Source: Trichosphaerium sp. ATCC 40318 (lineage: Eukaryota > Protista > Tubulinea). Taken from it: a DNA stretch of 64,000 nucleotides. This document shows, piece by piece, positions 49,218-63,651 of this stretch. Below the pieces are notes generated by a model. That model was not told where the DNA came from. It searched no databases and saw only the letters and a list, made by a program, of their open reading frames with translations. The stretch spans positions 62,001-126,000 of the forward strand of contig JALMLS010000627.1 of assembly GCA_038496445.1 (NCBI GenBank), in the 5' to 3' direction. The position numbers were made by a program, and so were the translations under genes. Every line of letters starts with the position of its first letter. Position 1 is the stretch's first letter.

Positions 49218-52200
49218 TCATCTCTGTCGTAAATACGTACATGCTGATATTTGCCTACACTCAGTATCTGGATCATTGTCCATCACAGAACGAAGCCATA
49301 ATCCCGCCTCATTAATATCTTGGTTGAGCGCCTGAGAAAAAAGAAGAAAAGCAGGTACTCCTTTTATAGCGCCTAGCACTGCCATCAGCGCTGCTCGGCG
49401 TACATAAGGCTCTCTATGGTATCTACATCTCCACACAACTTGTAAGAGAGATGCGGTCATATCTACAGCATCACTACTATTCAAAACCAGTCCTTCAAAT
49501 ATGTTAGCTAAAGTAAGAAAAAAATAGGAAAATGAATCAATGCAAAATAAAAACGAACCTGCACTCTGTATGACGTTTCCGAGTGTATGTATTAGCTTTC
49601 CAAGTATAGCGCAATCTTCGCCGAAAAGATCAAACCCGATACTATTCAAACATAAGAAGAAAAAAACTCGATTTGAAACGTGCTCTGTCTTGTCATAAAA
49701 TCGCAAGAGCGGATAAAAAATAACCGCTGCGAATTTACCAATCCTGTTTGGCGTTGTCTTTTTCACTTGACGCGGTTTATGCCACCGTCTTGTTTTAGTA
49801 CCAAGTTCTATTACTTTGGGTGGAGCTATATCCTGGTCTGCATCTTCCAAGGACTAGAGTAGACATCAGCAATGTTTGAGAAAGAAACCAGAAAAACAGT
49901 ACAGGAATTGCTGACAATTCCAAAGTCCCGTTGTTAATGCATTGTAGTATATCTATTCTCTGCGATATACTATAGTTCGATGCATAGAATTTATCTGTTA
50001 CATACTAGAGAGAAATTAAAGGACAAAAAATAACGAAATAGTTGTTTTTTAGACACGCACGTTAATGGACGGAAGCGATGCTGGAGGTGTTGCAATTAAA
50101 GCCACCATAGCGTTCATACGATTATTTTCAAAATCAGGTAATTCATACGTGTTTTGAAGGAAGAGTAATGTCGCCATGAGTGGTGAGGCTACTTCACCTA
50201 AATCCTACAACAATTTAGCAACAAATATATAATCTGTTTTAACCCAACAGAGTTGACTTGACGTACATCAGGTTTTTCGCGTATGAGGGCTGCTAAATTA
50301 GATAACCCTGCTTCTATATCTTCCGGTTCATCCTTTTTTAAGAGTTCTATGCTATCACGAAGATACACAGGGGCCTACAAGTGCATTTGTCAGCAAGTGA
50401 GAAACCCATGCCAAAAGATTAATTACCTTAACTTTGGCGAGATCTTGCTCGTCATCTGACATATCGAAGGCTTCTAAACTATCTGAGTCTGAATCGGAAT
50501 CATATTCAGAGTCGTCATCAGAACCAAAAAATAGAGCATCAGGGTCGTCATCGCTCGACATGGAGGATTTCTTCTTTTTTGTTTTCTTTAATTTTGTTGG
50601 CTCTTGTTCGGAAGGCGCCTCTGCTTCGCCCTCTTTTACAAGCTCTGGTTTATCTAACCCAGTTTTAGGTCTGATTGGTTGGGTATCTTCAAGGCTTTCT
50701 TCATCATCAGAATACTCGAACTTGAGAGGATTCTCGACATCCAAAATGGCAGAAAACGCTTCTCCAACTTTCTACAAAAACAACATTAGTTAATGAAGTC
50801 AACATCATAAACAGGCTTTTTACTAACCATACCAAGTTTCTTAGTAGCTGGAACAGGTGAATGTAGGTGGACTTGAACACCTGTCATTATAGCATTAAGA
50901 ATCTCAACTCGTTCTAATCTTTCCTTCACAAAGCGTAAGAAAAACAAAAAAAACCCCAAACGCAAATTCTTCCTTAATGTTTGTACCTTTGTGATGTACT
51001 TTAAAATTTCTAATATTGCATGTGTTATGTATGTATGATGTTCTTTAGTGTGGTCGTGCATAGACGTCGTACTCCAAGCCGTCAACAAGGTTTGTAGAAT
51101 TTCGAAAAAATCATCTAAATTCATCTTCTCGTTATGTACTGTATGCAGAAATGTTATGACAACTCTTAATACACTGCGCGTATACGTTCGTGTCATGATT
51201 GTCTTATAGCAGAATATATGTTTACAAGATTGATTAGATATCAAAGCATCTCCAAATAGCAAAACAAGCACGTTGCTACCTTGGTAAAAATTAACAACGA
51301 AGAACAAAATCACCTGCTGACGTCTTTCTTTGTACACCCACAGAAAATGGCGTAATTTCTAAAAGAACGGTGCAATACTTTTGCAGTATGAAAGCCACAA
51401 TGTTTAATTGATTTGAGTTGAAAATAGTGCTTTAGAACTCAACACTGTACCTTTTTCGCCAAACTTGGGAATATGTGGTAAGAAGAGATGAATAAATCTG
51501 TCCATGGACGACAGAGACATTTTTCCAATTACTATCTGTAATCTTGAGGATACTTGGGACTTATTAGATCCTTGTAAAGCATTCACAAGCGCTTCAACAA
51601 GACTATCTACATGGGAATTTTATGATTAACAAACACTTGATTTTTGTGACATTTGGTGGCCATACCAGCATGGTTTAGTGTTGTTACTTTATGGATATAG
51701 TCAGCCATCATTGTACTTAATAAGCCATCATCATTCCATCTCGGTGAGTGCATCATAATCTGTATGATTTGCTTTGCAAGTGCGCCAAAATATGGACAAA
51801 GGCAGTTAAGAAAAAAAAGACAAAAAAAAAGGGTTCAACAAATCTTCATAGGATACTCGCGACATAATTCAGTTGGTACACGTCGACCTAGAACATTAGC
51901 TAATCTATCTGGTATTGATCCCATACATGTGAGAACACGCTGCCAAAGCATTTTGCCTTAAAATGTCAACAGAGAGTCCGTTATGAACAAAAAAACAACC
52001 TCTGGTCAGGATTGTTCTGTTTTCAATTTTCCTTCGTACCTGGGGTACCCTGATTGGTAATTTCGTTTATTACATCAATGAATCTACTGTTTGAAAGGAA
52101 TTTTTGCAATAACTGAGCGATGATATCAGCTCTAAATTGCATTTCTTTTTGCTGTGTTTTTTTTGATTGTTTCGTGTCCACGTGCTCTTCTTTTAGACCT

Positions 52201-52713
52201 GATACCTTTATCACATGTTACAGTCGTTACGAGAATTTATTTTGAGCGTACTAAGCTGAGAAAAACATCGACAGCTGGACCTTTGAGAAAGAAAAAGTGT
52301 AAAAGCTCGTCATTTTCTTGGTTTGTAAAACACGCTCCCCAATCTATTTATTAATGATTATGAAATATGTACTACGCTATATTTACCTATGCTTGTTCGA
52401 TTGACAAGCACCTTGAGTAATAATGGAAACTCTGAAAGCCGTTTAGAATTAGATGACTAAATTATGTTATTTAATCGCCGTTGAGCATTATATAATGTAT
52501 GGTACCCCGTTACCGCCATTGGAGAGTATTTCTTGTCATTTTTTTAGTTTTGATCACTGTAATGTACTCACAATACCTGTAACAAGCTTCTTTATACTTT
52601 TTAACGTTTGTTTGGCGTCATCATTGTCTTTAGCGTGCTCCAACTTGTCGATTACTTACTTCGTTACTATAACGTTGTGTACAATAATACTGCGTACATT
52701 TTCTCAATGCCAT
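49218..52713 (-). CDS. TELO2: Telomere length regulation protein TEL2 (TTT complex)
   Basis: Acidic DSDSDSLEAFDMSDD segment, PVYLRD, FYASNYSISQRIDIL, DLFGED..ILGKLIHTLG, RYHREPYVRRA, DPDTECR. Confidence 0.9.
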
Positions 52714-53043
52714 TGGAGCGGCAACGCAAAAAGTCAACCACAAACTTTGCGCTACGCGCGTAAATTCCACCTAAATCTCCTCGTACTTTTTCTTGTGAAC
52801 CACAGACAATTCGCCGCTTGCTCTCATTTTATCACTACTCTACTGTACAACCTATTAACGGAAAACAATACAACGAAATTGCTGTTTTTAACTTTTTTGC
52901 AGTTTGCGTTGCAAACGTTATTTTTGCGGTACAATTTATATCATTTCTTTGATGGTGGGAATGCAATAGGAGTCTAACTTTACTTTTTGAAATATACAAG
53001 CTGGTTTTTTTTTTTTTTCAAGTTAACATTGTTCTCCCGTGGT

Positions 53044-53861
53044 TCAGCGCCACTTATATCCAAGTTTACCGCATATATCAGCTGTAACATAAGTTAACTC
53101 ATGCTTACGCTTAATAAGCTGTGCATATAGTTGATTTACAAAGGTCCTACAGTTGTTCTTGAATATTTTGTAATTTTCGAACTTGATGTTCTCTACTATC
53201 TCTGGTAGCTCTTTGTTGATATCCTGAAAGTATACATATCCTAACTTCTTTTTGTACTTTACGAAGCCTCTAAAATGAGAGCGGTCTTTTGTCGTATAAG
53301 CTACTTTACCCATGCCTATTTCGCAATACAATGTGCCTAGAAGCAATGAGATTAAACAAGTATAAACAGAAAAAACTTTATCCGATAAAGCGAATAACAC
53401 CCTTACCTATTCGTAGGAAAACATGTCCTACACCCCATTGTTGGTAAAAAGCTACTTCGTGAGCAAATACACAACCTTGAGCGATAAATTCGGCAAGCGC
53501 TTGTAGGAGTGTTTTGGTATTATCAACATTTAATTTTGCCTATTACATGTAAGTCTGGGCGCACTGTGGTGTGGAACTAATTAACGCTTCGGACCTGTAC
53601 TTTAGCTACTGTTCCCCAGTCTGAAGTAATGAGCTCTAGCGTAGCGGCTTTGGCTATCTGGTAGGCTATGCCATCTATTATAAAATCCAGCCTGTACGGT
53701 GTTTTCGTAAGCCGTGTGATTACCTTCCATTTAGCCCAAGAAGAGCATTTTAGGAGGAGACAACCCCCGTAGATTCGTTCCTCCCTCAATATCTTTATTG
53801 TTGTTGTAGAACCATCTAGAGGCTTTTCTAGCGGTATTTGGACGGGTGCGATCAAGACCAT
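53044..53861 (-). CDS. Permuted papain-fold (PPPDE/LRAT-like) putative peptidase
   Basis: Spliced GHVFLRI|GTLYCEIG (His) followed by YKIFKNNCRTFVNQL (NC Cys motif). Confidence 0.6.
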
Positions 53862-54185
53862 GAACTGAAGGGCGCTGTACCCTTGCGTAGCTTTGTGTTA
53901 ATTTACTTTTCAACAAAAGATCGCGCGTTGACTCAACTTAAATCGTCGTGCTGTACCATATTTAACACTGCATACGACTTGTACACGTTATATAACGACT
54001 TGAGTGGGTAAATATGTGTTTCCCTCCTTGGCTTTTTGTGTAATTTATTCAGTAATACCTATCAGAAGCTGCTTGATCGTTGGTATTCCTTATAACGGCA
54101 ATCTATGAACGCCATATAACGGAAGTTTCTTTAGTTTTTTGCATAACATTCAACTACTGATTACGTCAGTCCGCAATTGCGGTTT

Positions 54186-56027
54186 ATGGCCGCCAAGCAA
54201 GTGCAAAAAGAGGTTCGCAAGCAGCGCATAAACGATGAAATTACAAAAGCGTTGCAAGGCTTACAAACCGCCCAAGCGCATACACTAATGCTCTGTGGTA
54301 GCTATGTTGACTTTAATATCATTGCTCTTTCTTCTCTAGTTCAATACGGCTCAAAAGAACAAAAAAAGCAATTTTTCGCATACCTAGTACGTATAAACCT
54401 CCAAAAACGCACCCAATAAAAAGAAAACAGTGAAAAACATTGAAAAAACATATTATAGGCTGAATCTGGCATTAAAACAATAGACTTTCTAGTGCAAGGC
54501 CCTATCGAAAAGTATATCGTCAAACATGTAAGTAAAACGCCAAAAAACACCGAAAGTTGATTTTGACATGCTTTGAAGGTTTCTCTCGCTAAAGTCATTA
54601 CTACAGCTCGTAGTTCTTTAGAAGTTATTAAAATGCATCTGCAATTACACAATACAGGAAAAATAACGGACAAGATTTACGAAGGTAAACCAGAATCTAT
54701 TAAGAAACAAAAAACATCTTTTTTTTTTTGCTATTTTAACACCAAGTTAGGATTGGCAACAATCGGTGCTCCACATCTTAAGGACATTTCTATATTAGCC
54801 TATGAACCATTGTGGGCATCAACGCAAGCTTATCTACAACCTATGCTTCATTCATGTCCAAACCTTCGAAGTTTAAACCTGTTTCTTGATGAACGACATT
54901 CAAAGGAACTTTCAGGTTTTTTGACATCAGAAGAATGTGGATTGACATCTTTAATCGTCTCCTTTAAAGGCAGAACTAGTGCAGAACCTTTCTTAAAGAC
55001 TTTAAAACACGCAAGTACATTAGAAACACTAAGTATAAAGCTGACAGTTTCATCAGCAATGATGAAAGAACATAGCAGTACGAATACTAAAAACAATGTT
55101 ACACTTTCGACAAAAAGAAAAAACCAAAACAAGTCAAAACCTTTTAACAGCGTTCTTCCTCATACAATTCTCTCCTTCGCCTTTCTATACGCTTTACACT
55201 AATATATACTAGCACGTGAAGTACTAGCTGATTATCTACAAAGTAACGGTGCTCTATCTTCATTTGCGCTCTCAATGCCTTATCGCAAGGGGATTGATAT
55301 TGACTTGTCTCAGTTTGCAACAGCTTTACGTGAAAATACAACATTGACGGACCTGACACTAACTGGATGTGTTAACGACGATACAGCCTTAGAATTTGCC
55401 AACACGCTAAGGGTGAATACAACACTGATAAGCCTGTCATTATCTCACCTTATCAAAGACTCTGGTACGTACAGCAATAATATTTTAGTGAGTTTGTAAC
55501 TCGTTGTTTCCTAGGTGCTATGGCAATAATAGAGGCCTTCGAGGGTACTGGAGCCCTCTGTCAAAAGCTTGATCTTAAAAAGGAGAATCCTTTTATAAAT
55601 ATAAATGTGGCCTATCGTCTTGCCGAACGTAAGAGTTTGAGAAGCATATCTTTTGACCTCCGACAACAACCAAGCATATTATGCTCGAAACTTGAAAACT
55701 AACTGTTTTTTCCTAGTCCTATCTGCATCAAAGAAGAGAAAACGCGAAGAGCATCAGCACGTTAAGGAGAATGCTGTAATTAAAGCACAAGTAGAGGATA
55801 AGAAAGTGGTAGAAGAAAAAGTCACAAGAAAAGTTGATGTGGAACTTAATTCCAAACAGCCAAAAAGCACAAATAAGGAAGCTTCAAAGGTTACACCAAC
55901 CGCAAGTAAGGATCCAAAAGACGATCGCATAAAGGCCCTTGAATCACAAGTTTCTGGGATGGCGAAACAAATAGAACTATTGACACAACACATCAATGAA
56001 TTGCGGTCTTTGCACGGTCTCAAATAA
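54186..56027 (+). CDS. RNI-like leucine-rich repeat protein with C-terminal coiled coil
   Basis: CPNLRSLNL, ALRENTTLTDLTL, TLRVNTTLISLSL; DRIKALESQVSGMAKQIELL. Confidence 0.7.
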
Positions 56028-56282
56028 TGTACTACTAATTTATGAAAATAAAAAAAAAGAAAAAGAGTAACAACACGTCATTAGTATTTAAACTGCGTTC
56101 ATACTGGGTTGCATTTCGTAATTAACAAATAAATGTACTTACCGCCATAGCTTCTCGCACCACGTGCGCAATATAGTAACTTGTTAAGTACATTTCCAAG
56201 AAAAAAAAAACTACAACAATATTGAGAAGGCAAAAAAAATCACAACAAGAGAGCAACTTTGCTCTATGTGTGATATTTTAAT

Positions 56283-59200
56283 TTAATTATTTACAAGTGT
56301 TTCTGCCATTTCCTCAACGCATGGTTTCAAACTAGCGAATGCTTGTCTTAAGTCAACTCTACATTTTGAGTCACCAACATAAATTGGCGCTCCTTTTGTA
56401 GTCAACCAAAAGAGGCAACCCATTTCCAAGTTTTTGTTGTGATAAAGTCTTGCTAAATCAAGAGCACGTAGCCAGTTGTCGTGTCTGAGATTAGAGACAA
56501 CACTAGCTACTGCACTTGCTTTTAAATGATCCATAGAGTGTAGGACAGCAAATGAAAGTACTTCAACAGCAACATCAAAACTACGAATCGTGCATTGATC
56601 ATAAGTGCAGAATTCACAAATCTACGATAGAATCAATAAGCTGAAAGGTATAACAACATGGTACGCGGAGGTTTTTTTCGGAACTTACCTTTTTAAGTGC
56701 TTGTGATGAACAAGTTACAAATCTTGAATCTCGATTTTGATTTGTTTTTATGGCATTTGCCATTTCTCTTCTAGCGGCCTTCTGGGACTCTGTAAGATCG
56801 TTTACAGTGTTCAGTTTATGCCATGAGAATGTACTACATCGTTCAGCCTTAGATTTCATCAAAGGCTCAAAACTGAATGGATTTCTCTTTAATACATTGT
56901 TTGTAACAGCTAGACGCATAGCAATATTTTTGAGACTATTTTTAGATCAGTCAAGTTGTTTGACATAAGTTGTGTTTTTATAAAATACGTACGCTAGGAT
57001 AGAGCTGAGAAGTTTGTTTGTTGGGCAGTAAACCATATAATCAAGTAACGTCCCAACAACTTTCTTTTTGTTAATCAAGAAATCCGCTTGATCTAAAAAA
57101 ATAATGTCAGAAAATTTGAAAAAAGACTCCATTGTGATCACAAAAAATGTCGTTTAGGAAAACGTACCAGGTGTAAATAAATATCCCAAAGCTACTGAAG
57201 CTTGGTATCTGAGCCAAGGAATATCTGAATCATAACAAACAATGAATTGTTTCTCTGTGAAGAACGTGTCAATAAAAAACCCAAACAAAAAACCTTGTGT
57301 TTTTTTGTACGTACGTCCAGAAAGGTGACAGAGAATATCATGAGCATATGATCTACTTGTCTTACAACCTTCAGCATAATCTTCATAAATAAAATGGAGC
57401 TTAGGGACCAAATTATGTTGTAGTAATGCGTAGGTAAACTCGTAAGTGACATCTAAAAAAAAGTGGTAAGCAATTATTTCTACACAAAAAAAACCAAACC
57501 AAACAAGATGACTCTGAGGCGTACGTGATGATGCAAATCGTGATAGAACTCGTAGAATACTTAAACCAATCTTAAAGGATGTTGGACGCTCTAAGAATTG
57601 AGCAAAGACATTTACGATATCATTCTGGATAAAGTAATGTTGGAATTTCGCTAAAAACGCTTTTATTAGAGGGTTGACAAGAAAAAAAATGAAGGAAAAA
57701 AAAACCGTCTTGTTTATTCCTAACGTACGTTCATACGACAAGTTGTAAATAGCGTTGAGTAACGCGCATACATACTCATCTGGGTGTCCCAATGATTGTG
57801 TGAATAGTTTCATCAATACGCTTAACCCTTCAACATGAAAGAGCGCACTACGGCCCTATAAAAAGGTTAGGAACATTGTCGAGTTTTTTTTGTGTTTTTG
57901 ACAAATCAGGAGTTTAAGGCATACCTTTGAATGACAAGTTAAGTTTTGTAGCACTTTTAGAGCTTCGATTTGTATTTGTATGTTTCTACTTTTAGCTATA
58001 CACGTATGAACAATATGAAATAGTAATCCACCATATGCGAATCCTCTTAATGCACATTCTGAATCGAAAAAATATTTAGCGAATAGTTGTCAAAACACAA
58101 ACACAAAAAAAAAGTTGAATAAAAAAAAATCAAACAACGAACGCCGTACCATCTACAGCCAACTGTTTTAGTACACGAAGTGCGTTTAGAGTAAGTCCGT
58201 CATTATGAGAGGTCAGATATTGCTCCATACACTCGAATATGCCATTCTGAGAGAGTACTTGGCGATAACTAAAAACGAAAGCTGTCAGAAACAAAGTAAA
58301 ACGTTTTTGTGTTTTTTAGGCTAACCATTTGTCCGTTAATGTGTTTGCTATTACGACCAGAGAGACAAACTCCCTGTGCATTGTAGACCTCCCTGTTAAG
58401 AATCTGGATACATGTAGGATCATCTCCATTACACCGCACTTGTCTTTTGGAGCTAGAGAAAAAAATTAGGCGAAGAAAGAAAAAAACACAAAAAACAATA
58501 GTGTACGCACTATTGTGTTTTAGCAGATTTGCAAGAATAGCCAGTGTTGTATCAACAATATCTTGTTTTTCGTGTTGCAATAGATTATATAGAACATCTA
58601 GTATACGACATTCGAGCAATAGAGCGTGAGGAGAAATGTTTCCAGAGGTTTTTTTACGTTCAGATGTTGATAGAGAAAGAACCAAAAATAGCGTTTGTCT
58701 GACCAAGCACGTGTCTTCACAGCTCAGGTAGCTTATAAAATCGTTCAAGTGTTTCCTTGATCCCAAGAGAGACATTTTCATTTCCTTATGGGCGAGACAG
58801 ATGTTCTTGTTTAGCGTCGTAAGCAAAAATTTAACTGTAGCAACTTTTAGATCATTTCCTCCAATATGTGATAAATATGTTACGATATTTAATATAGTAT
58901 CTAACTCAAGCGTGTGGCCTTTAGAGGGAGATAATTAGTGATTGTAAACAACAAAAAAAAAAGTGACTATTGTGCTGTGAAGAAGAAATAGCGTGAAAAC
59001 TGTTAGGTGAAAACAGGATGAATGTTTTTTAGTTAACTAATATTTTTGTTCAACCTATTTTTATAGGCTTTTTAAACTGTGCTCTGTCAAGCCCTTATAG
59101 GGTATTTATATAAAACAGCAAGAATGTCTCTGACAAACGCAGTTACGAGACACACAAAAAAGAAAGTTTTTACCCGACTATCTGAAAACCGGAATTGGTG

Positions 59201-59289
59201 TTTTTATCCGTACCGCTTAGGTTTCGTGTATGTGTAGATAGTGCTTTTAAGATATGAATAGCTTCTTTGTTTGTGTGAGGGCGGCTCAT
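56283..59289 (-). CDS. Armadillo-repeat protein with C-terminal BTB/BACK-like helices
   Basis: ILDVLYNLLQHEKQDIVDTTLAILANL-type ARM repeats; C-terminal NWLRALDLARLYHNKNLEMGCLFWL; start inferred. Confidence 0.6.
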
Positions 59290-60933
59290 GTCGAACAAAC
59301 ACAACTTTGTATTTAACGCATGAACGTTTGTGTTTGGTGTTACAGTGCGTAAAGGTAACTCTATTGGGTGTCAATTTCGCAATTTGAAATTGTTTTTGTT
59401 ACTGCGGTTAAATAGCGTACCTGTTACATCTAAGTGAAGAGGTGTAATATGTATTGTACGCCTCATGTTGTGTATGGTATAATGTGGTTGGGTAATGGTG
59501 AAAACGGGCAATTTGAACGTTAAGCTACAAACACCGTTACTTAAATACCGGACATGACACCAACTGCGTAAACAACCTACCAACACAATCTTTACGGAGT
59601 TATTGTGTTGATATTGTACTCAATAATGCTATCTTGAATATTTACCTAAAGTTAAGAGAAGCGATACGAAACGCCGCGATATAACTCCCGTTATACCCAA
59701 TCGGTGGTAATTTAGCGTTAGATTGCGAGGTGTGGTGAACACTCTTCTCAAAAGTACAATTTGCTTTTTTGTGTTTTTTATTTTTCTGTGTTGCACAACA
59801 AGCCTGCACGCCTCTGTCCGCCAAACACAACCACAGACGATAACGTACACATTATTGCGGACTATATTAAAGCGTTGGTTGCCGCTTTTCGAAGGAAATA
59901 TATTTCCTTTTAGTAATTTACCTTGTTCTTTGCTATATGGACCTAGTACACTCTTATCGAGCGACCGTAAATTTCATTTGGGTGACGCACAACGGCAATT
60001 CTCATTTATTTTTTATTTACAATGCTCTCTTTGTAACCACGCCTTCTCTACCAACCAACGACTTCTACAGTCAAGTGACCAGTACCTGCGCCTTCTCCCA
60101 TACTTACATTTATAGTATAAGTGCCGGGCAAGTTTTGTGGGATACTACTCTGAAGACGCTCGCTCTCAAGTGCGATATTGTATTGGTTCCATAGTTTCTC
60201 ACAAATATTTTCGTTTGTTACTTCATTGTAAGTGCCTACAACGCTCTTCTTTCGTCGTACTGTGACAACCAAATTTTCTAGACGTTTTTGAGCGTTTTTT
60301 AAATCTCTTTGACGTTGTCGCGCAGCGTAGTCGATCCTCTATGCGTCGTTACAATGATGTGTGAAGTATGTTTTTTTTTTTGTTCAAAGCCCAGTGTTGT
60401 AGCCAGAGAAAGTCTTCTCATTGCGATAGTTGGCTATAAAAGCGCTATTGATGGCGTACCTCGGTATCTGCTTTGTACTCTTGTCTAGTGAGTTCTGTAT
60501 CATGTACTGCCAGTTTTTTTGGAAACAAGTAGTTTCTAGCGTAGCCTTTGCTTACAATTTTTGGTTCTCCTTTATCACCAATCTCATTTGTCTATTTGTT
60601 GCGTCAAAATGATTAACGAATAGAAATACATTACCTCCGTGAGAATAATAGGTATTTGTTTGTATTTCTTTACCATAGCCTCTGTTTTTTTCTTTGGCGC
60701 ACTCTTCTTCCTTCCACGACCTGGGTACCATCGTTGAGAAGTGCGCAAAGGCGAAACTCTCACAGGAGCTCTAATGTTGTATTAGTGGTCATAAACTACT
60801 TAAAACGCTACCTTGATGCTATGTGTAACCGAGCAGCAAACATTAGCGTATAAACCAAATGGTAGGGTGAAGTAGAGCAAAGTTAGTCGTTGAAAGTATT
60901 CTCTTCAATATTCTGTTGTTCTAGCTTATTCAC

Positions 60934-62172
60934 ATGGCAACCAAACGTAAGTTGACAATCTGTACCTCACTGACAACTGTGTAGCATTGACTGGGCGTAA
61001 CGCAATTGTAACGGGATCAACACAAGGCATAGGTCTTGGAATAGCTAAATGCCTCGTAGAGGCTGGTTGTTCCCTCCTAATACATGGATCAAGGTTCGTT
61101 AACGTTAAATCAAACTTTGTAAATTTATCGTTAAAAGGCCGAAAGAAAGAGCTAAGGAAGCAATTGGCACGTTTACCTACGCATAAAAAACCCGGTTGAC
61201 ATAACTTTAGACACTTTAACTGCAGTAGCCAACAAATCTCAGATAATAGACTATTGCCAGGTATTTTGCGCTATTCTCTCGTCCCATAGCGTCAACAGAG
61301 TATAGGCGGACCTATCTAAACCATCGGTTGGCTGTCCAAAGATTATAGAACAAGCCAAGGCTGTATTTGGTGGTAAAATACATATCCTCGGCAAGTCGCT
61401 TTTTAATTTTGCAATGTTAAACGGTTCTACAATACTGATAGATTCGTAGTACATAACGCGGGTATACAGCACGTGGATCCAATCGATAAATTTCCTTTAG
61501 ATGCATGGGATAGGTTAATAAGCATTCATTTGACTTCTGGCTTCTTGCTCACAAAACGTAAATCTCTTGTTTAATTTTAACATTGTTGGCACGTGGTCAG
61601 GACTAATTGATATTGTAGTTGTAGTACCTATCATGAAGGCAGAAGATTGGGGCCGAATTATCAATATAAGTTCTGTACATGGCAAGGTAGCCTCTGTTGG
61701 AAAAGCTGCTTATTGTGCAGCCAAACATGGATTAAATGGTCTCACAAAAGTTGTAGCTCTAGATCTTGCTGGTACCCTTTCGTTCGGCATGAGATCATTC
61801 TAACTTATAGAATATTAGATACAGCTGTGACATGCAATGCTATTTGCCCTGGATGGGTGCATACACCGTTAGTACAAAAACAAGTATTGGCACTAGGAAA
61901 AAAGAGAAATTTGTCAGAGGTACAGGAACCCCTTTATTTATTCCCGTTATTCACAGTTATATAGGCGGACGCAACTAAAGCCCTGCTATCGGAGAAAACA
62001 CCTACTAAGCGCTTTGTAACCTGCGACGAAATAGGTACTCGAATGAATTACTCTTATTTTTTTTTGACATAACTGTTTGATAGGAGGAATGGTTACGTTT
62101 TTGTGTTCTCCTGCTGCAAACAATATCACAGGTTCTGAAATGATGATGGACGGCGGTTGGAGTGCTGTGTAA
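60934..62172 (+). CDS. D-3-hydroxybutyrate dehydrogenase (classical SDR)
   Basis: TGSTQGIG, HNAGIQHV.PI..FP..AWD, RIINISSVHG, YCAAKHG, NAICPGWVHTPLV, DGGWSA. Confidence 0.9.
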
Positions 62173-62289
62173 AACGGTATTTATTGTTTATGATATCAAA
62201 CAACAAGGAAAACTGGTAATACACGTGCTTTATAAAACAATCTCACGTTTACTATTTTTATTTAATTTTGTATGTACAACTTTACATCA

Positions 62290-63651
62290 GGTTTCTTCTT
62301 CTTTTCAACATAATTACAAATCGTTAGCTTTTAGTTTCGTTAACATTTTAGTGTTGATATTTATAGCAATTGTTCGTCTCGCTTTACACCACAGGTACTG
62401 AGAAAATGATCCCTTTTTGAAAATCGCGTCAGAAAAACAAAAAGTTTTTGCTGTTGGTAAAGCGTACCACATTTTTTTTCTTGGTGCACAAAGGTAAAGG
62501 GGTAAGGACATGCGGATGGTGGTAATAGAATGTTGCCCGATCTTGGCTCTGCATTAGATCTCTAAATATAATAACTATACTGTGATGCATAGAAAGCGCT
62601 TCACTAGAGATGTCACCACTCTCCACAAAGTTCTCAAGCCTATTTCAAAAGAAATAGGTAAGATACACGTTTTTTTTTCGGAAAGAAAACAAAACTCCGA
62701 AGAGTTTTTAGCGTCTTACCCTTTCCAGTTGATATAGAAGTACGCATAGTACGTTGGAACCTCCTCCAATGTATTTGGACCTCGTACTACAGATACACGT
62801 ATCACGTGTGCGTAACGTTCTCGCCAATGAGACATATCACCAATACCAGTAAGTACTGATGTAGAAAACGTTTTTAGGAACTTTTTTACGCGTCCGTGAT
62901 TGTCTACGAGCTAAAAAAGAGTTACCACTGCATCCAAAAATAACTCATAAAAAAAGACGTATTGAAAGGAACAAAAAAAAACAAGGTTTTAAAATGTGGT
63001 CTACAACCGACGCTTTTACGTGTGGTTGTTTTCCGTACCTGTACGTATACATCCTTGTTCATCGGGCCGCCCCAATATCCGCCATGTATGTACACGGCAT
63101 CTTCTGGAATGTCGATAGTGATAAGTCTTAAATAGCACCTTGTGATATCAAAGTTTCGGCCACCATGCTTTACAAAAGTATGGAATTAGATAAGATAGCC
63201 ATTAAAACTATCGTACATTGTCTACACTTTCACCTATTGGCGTAACTGATTCAACAAGAGTTATCCTATGAAGAAATAGCCAATTTGCTTCATGCTTTTG
63301 AGAAACACGATGCCATTGCTTCTATTTGTCATGTGTTAGCGCTGTCTCTTAATATTTTTGGCAAATGCCTGGTTATTAATAAAAACGAATAAATCTATTG
63401 AAGCGGTAGACGCTTTGGTTTACAAAACATGTCAGGATGGTGCTTGGCTAGCGTTATAAAAGATTTTTTTAACTTATGGGAATACTTGTTCCACTTACGT
63501 TTACACAAGCACAAGTTCGCTTCAAGTAGCAATCCAGGTTGTAAAATATTTGTAATAAGATGTCATCTGGGTACGGGAGTGGGCACGAGCTTCGTAATAT
63601 TGTTTTTGTCGTCTGAGCTCTCTTTACTTCACTGCTATGGGTTGTAGACAT
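62290..63651 (-). pseudogene. Degenerate F-box protein gene
   Basis: PYPDDILLQIFYNLD F-box followed by frameshifts and stops; intron remnants; 3' end approximate. Confidence 0.5.
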
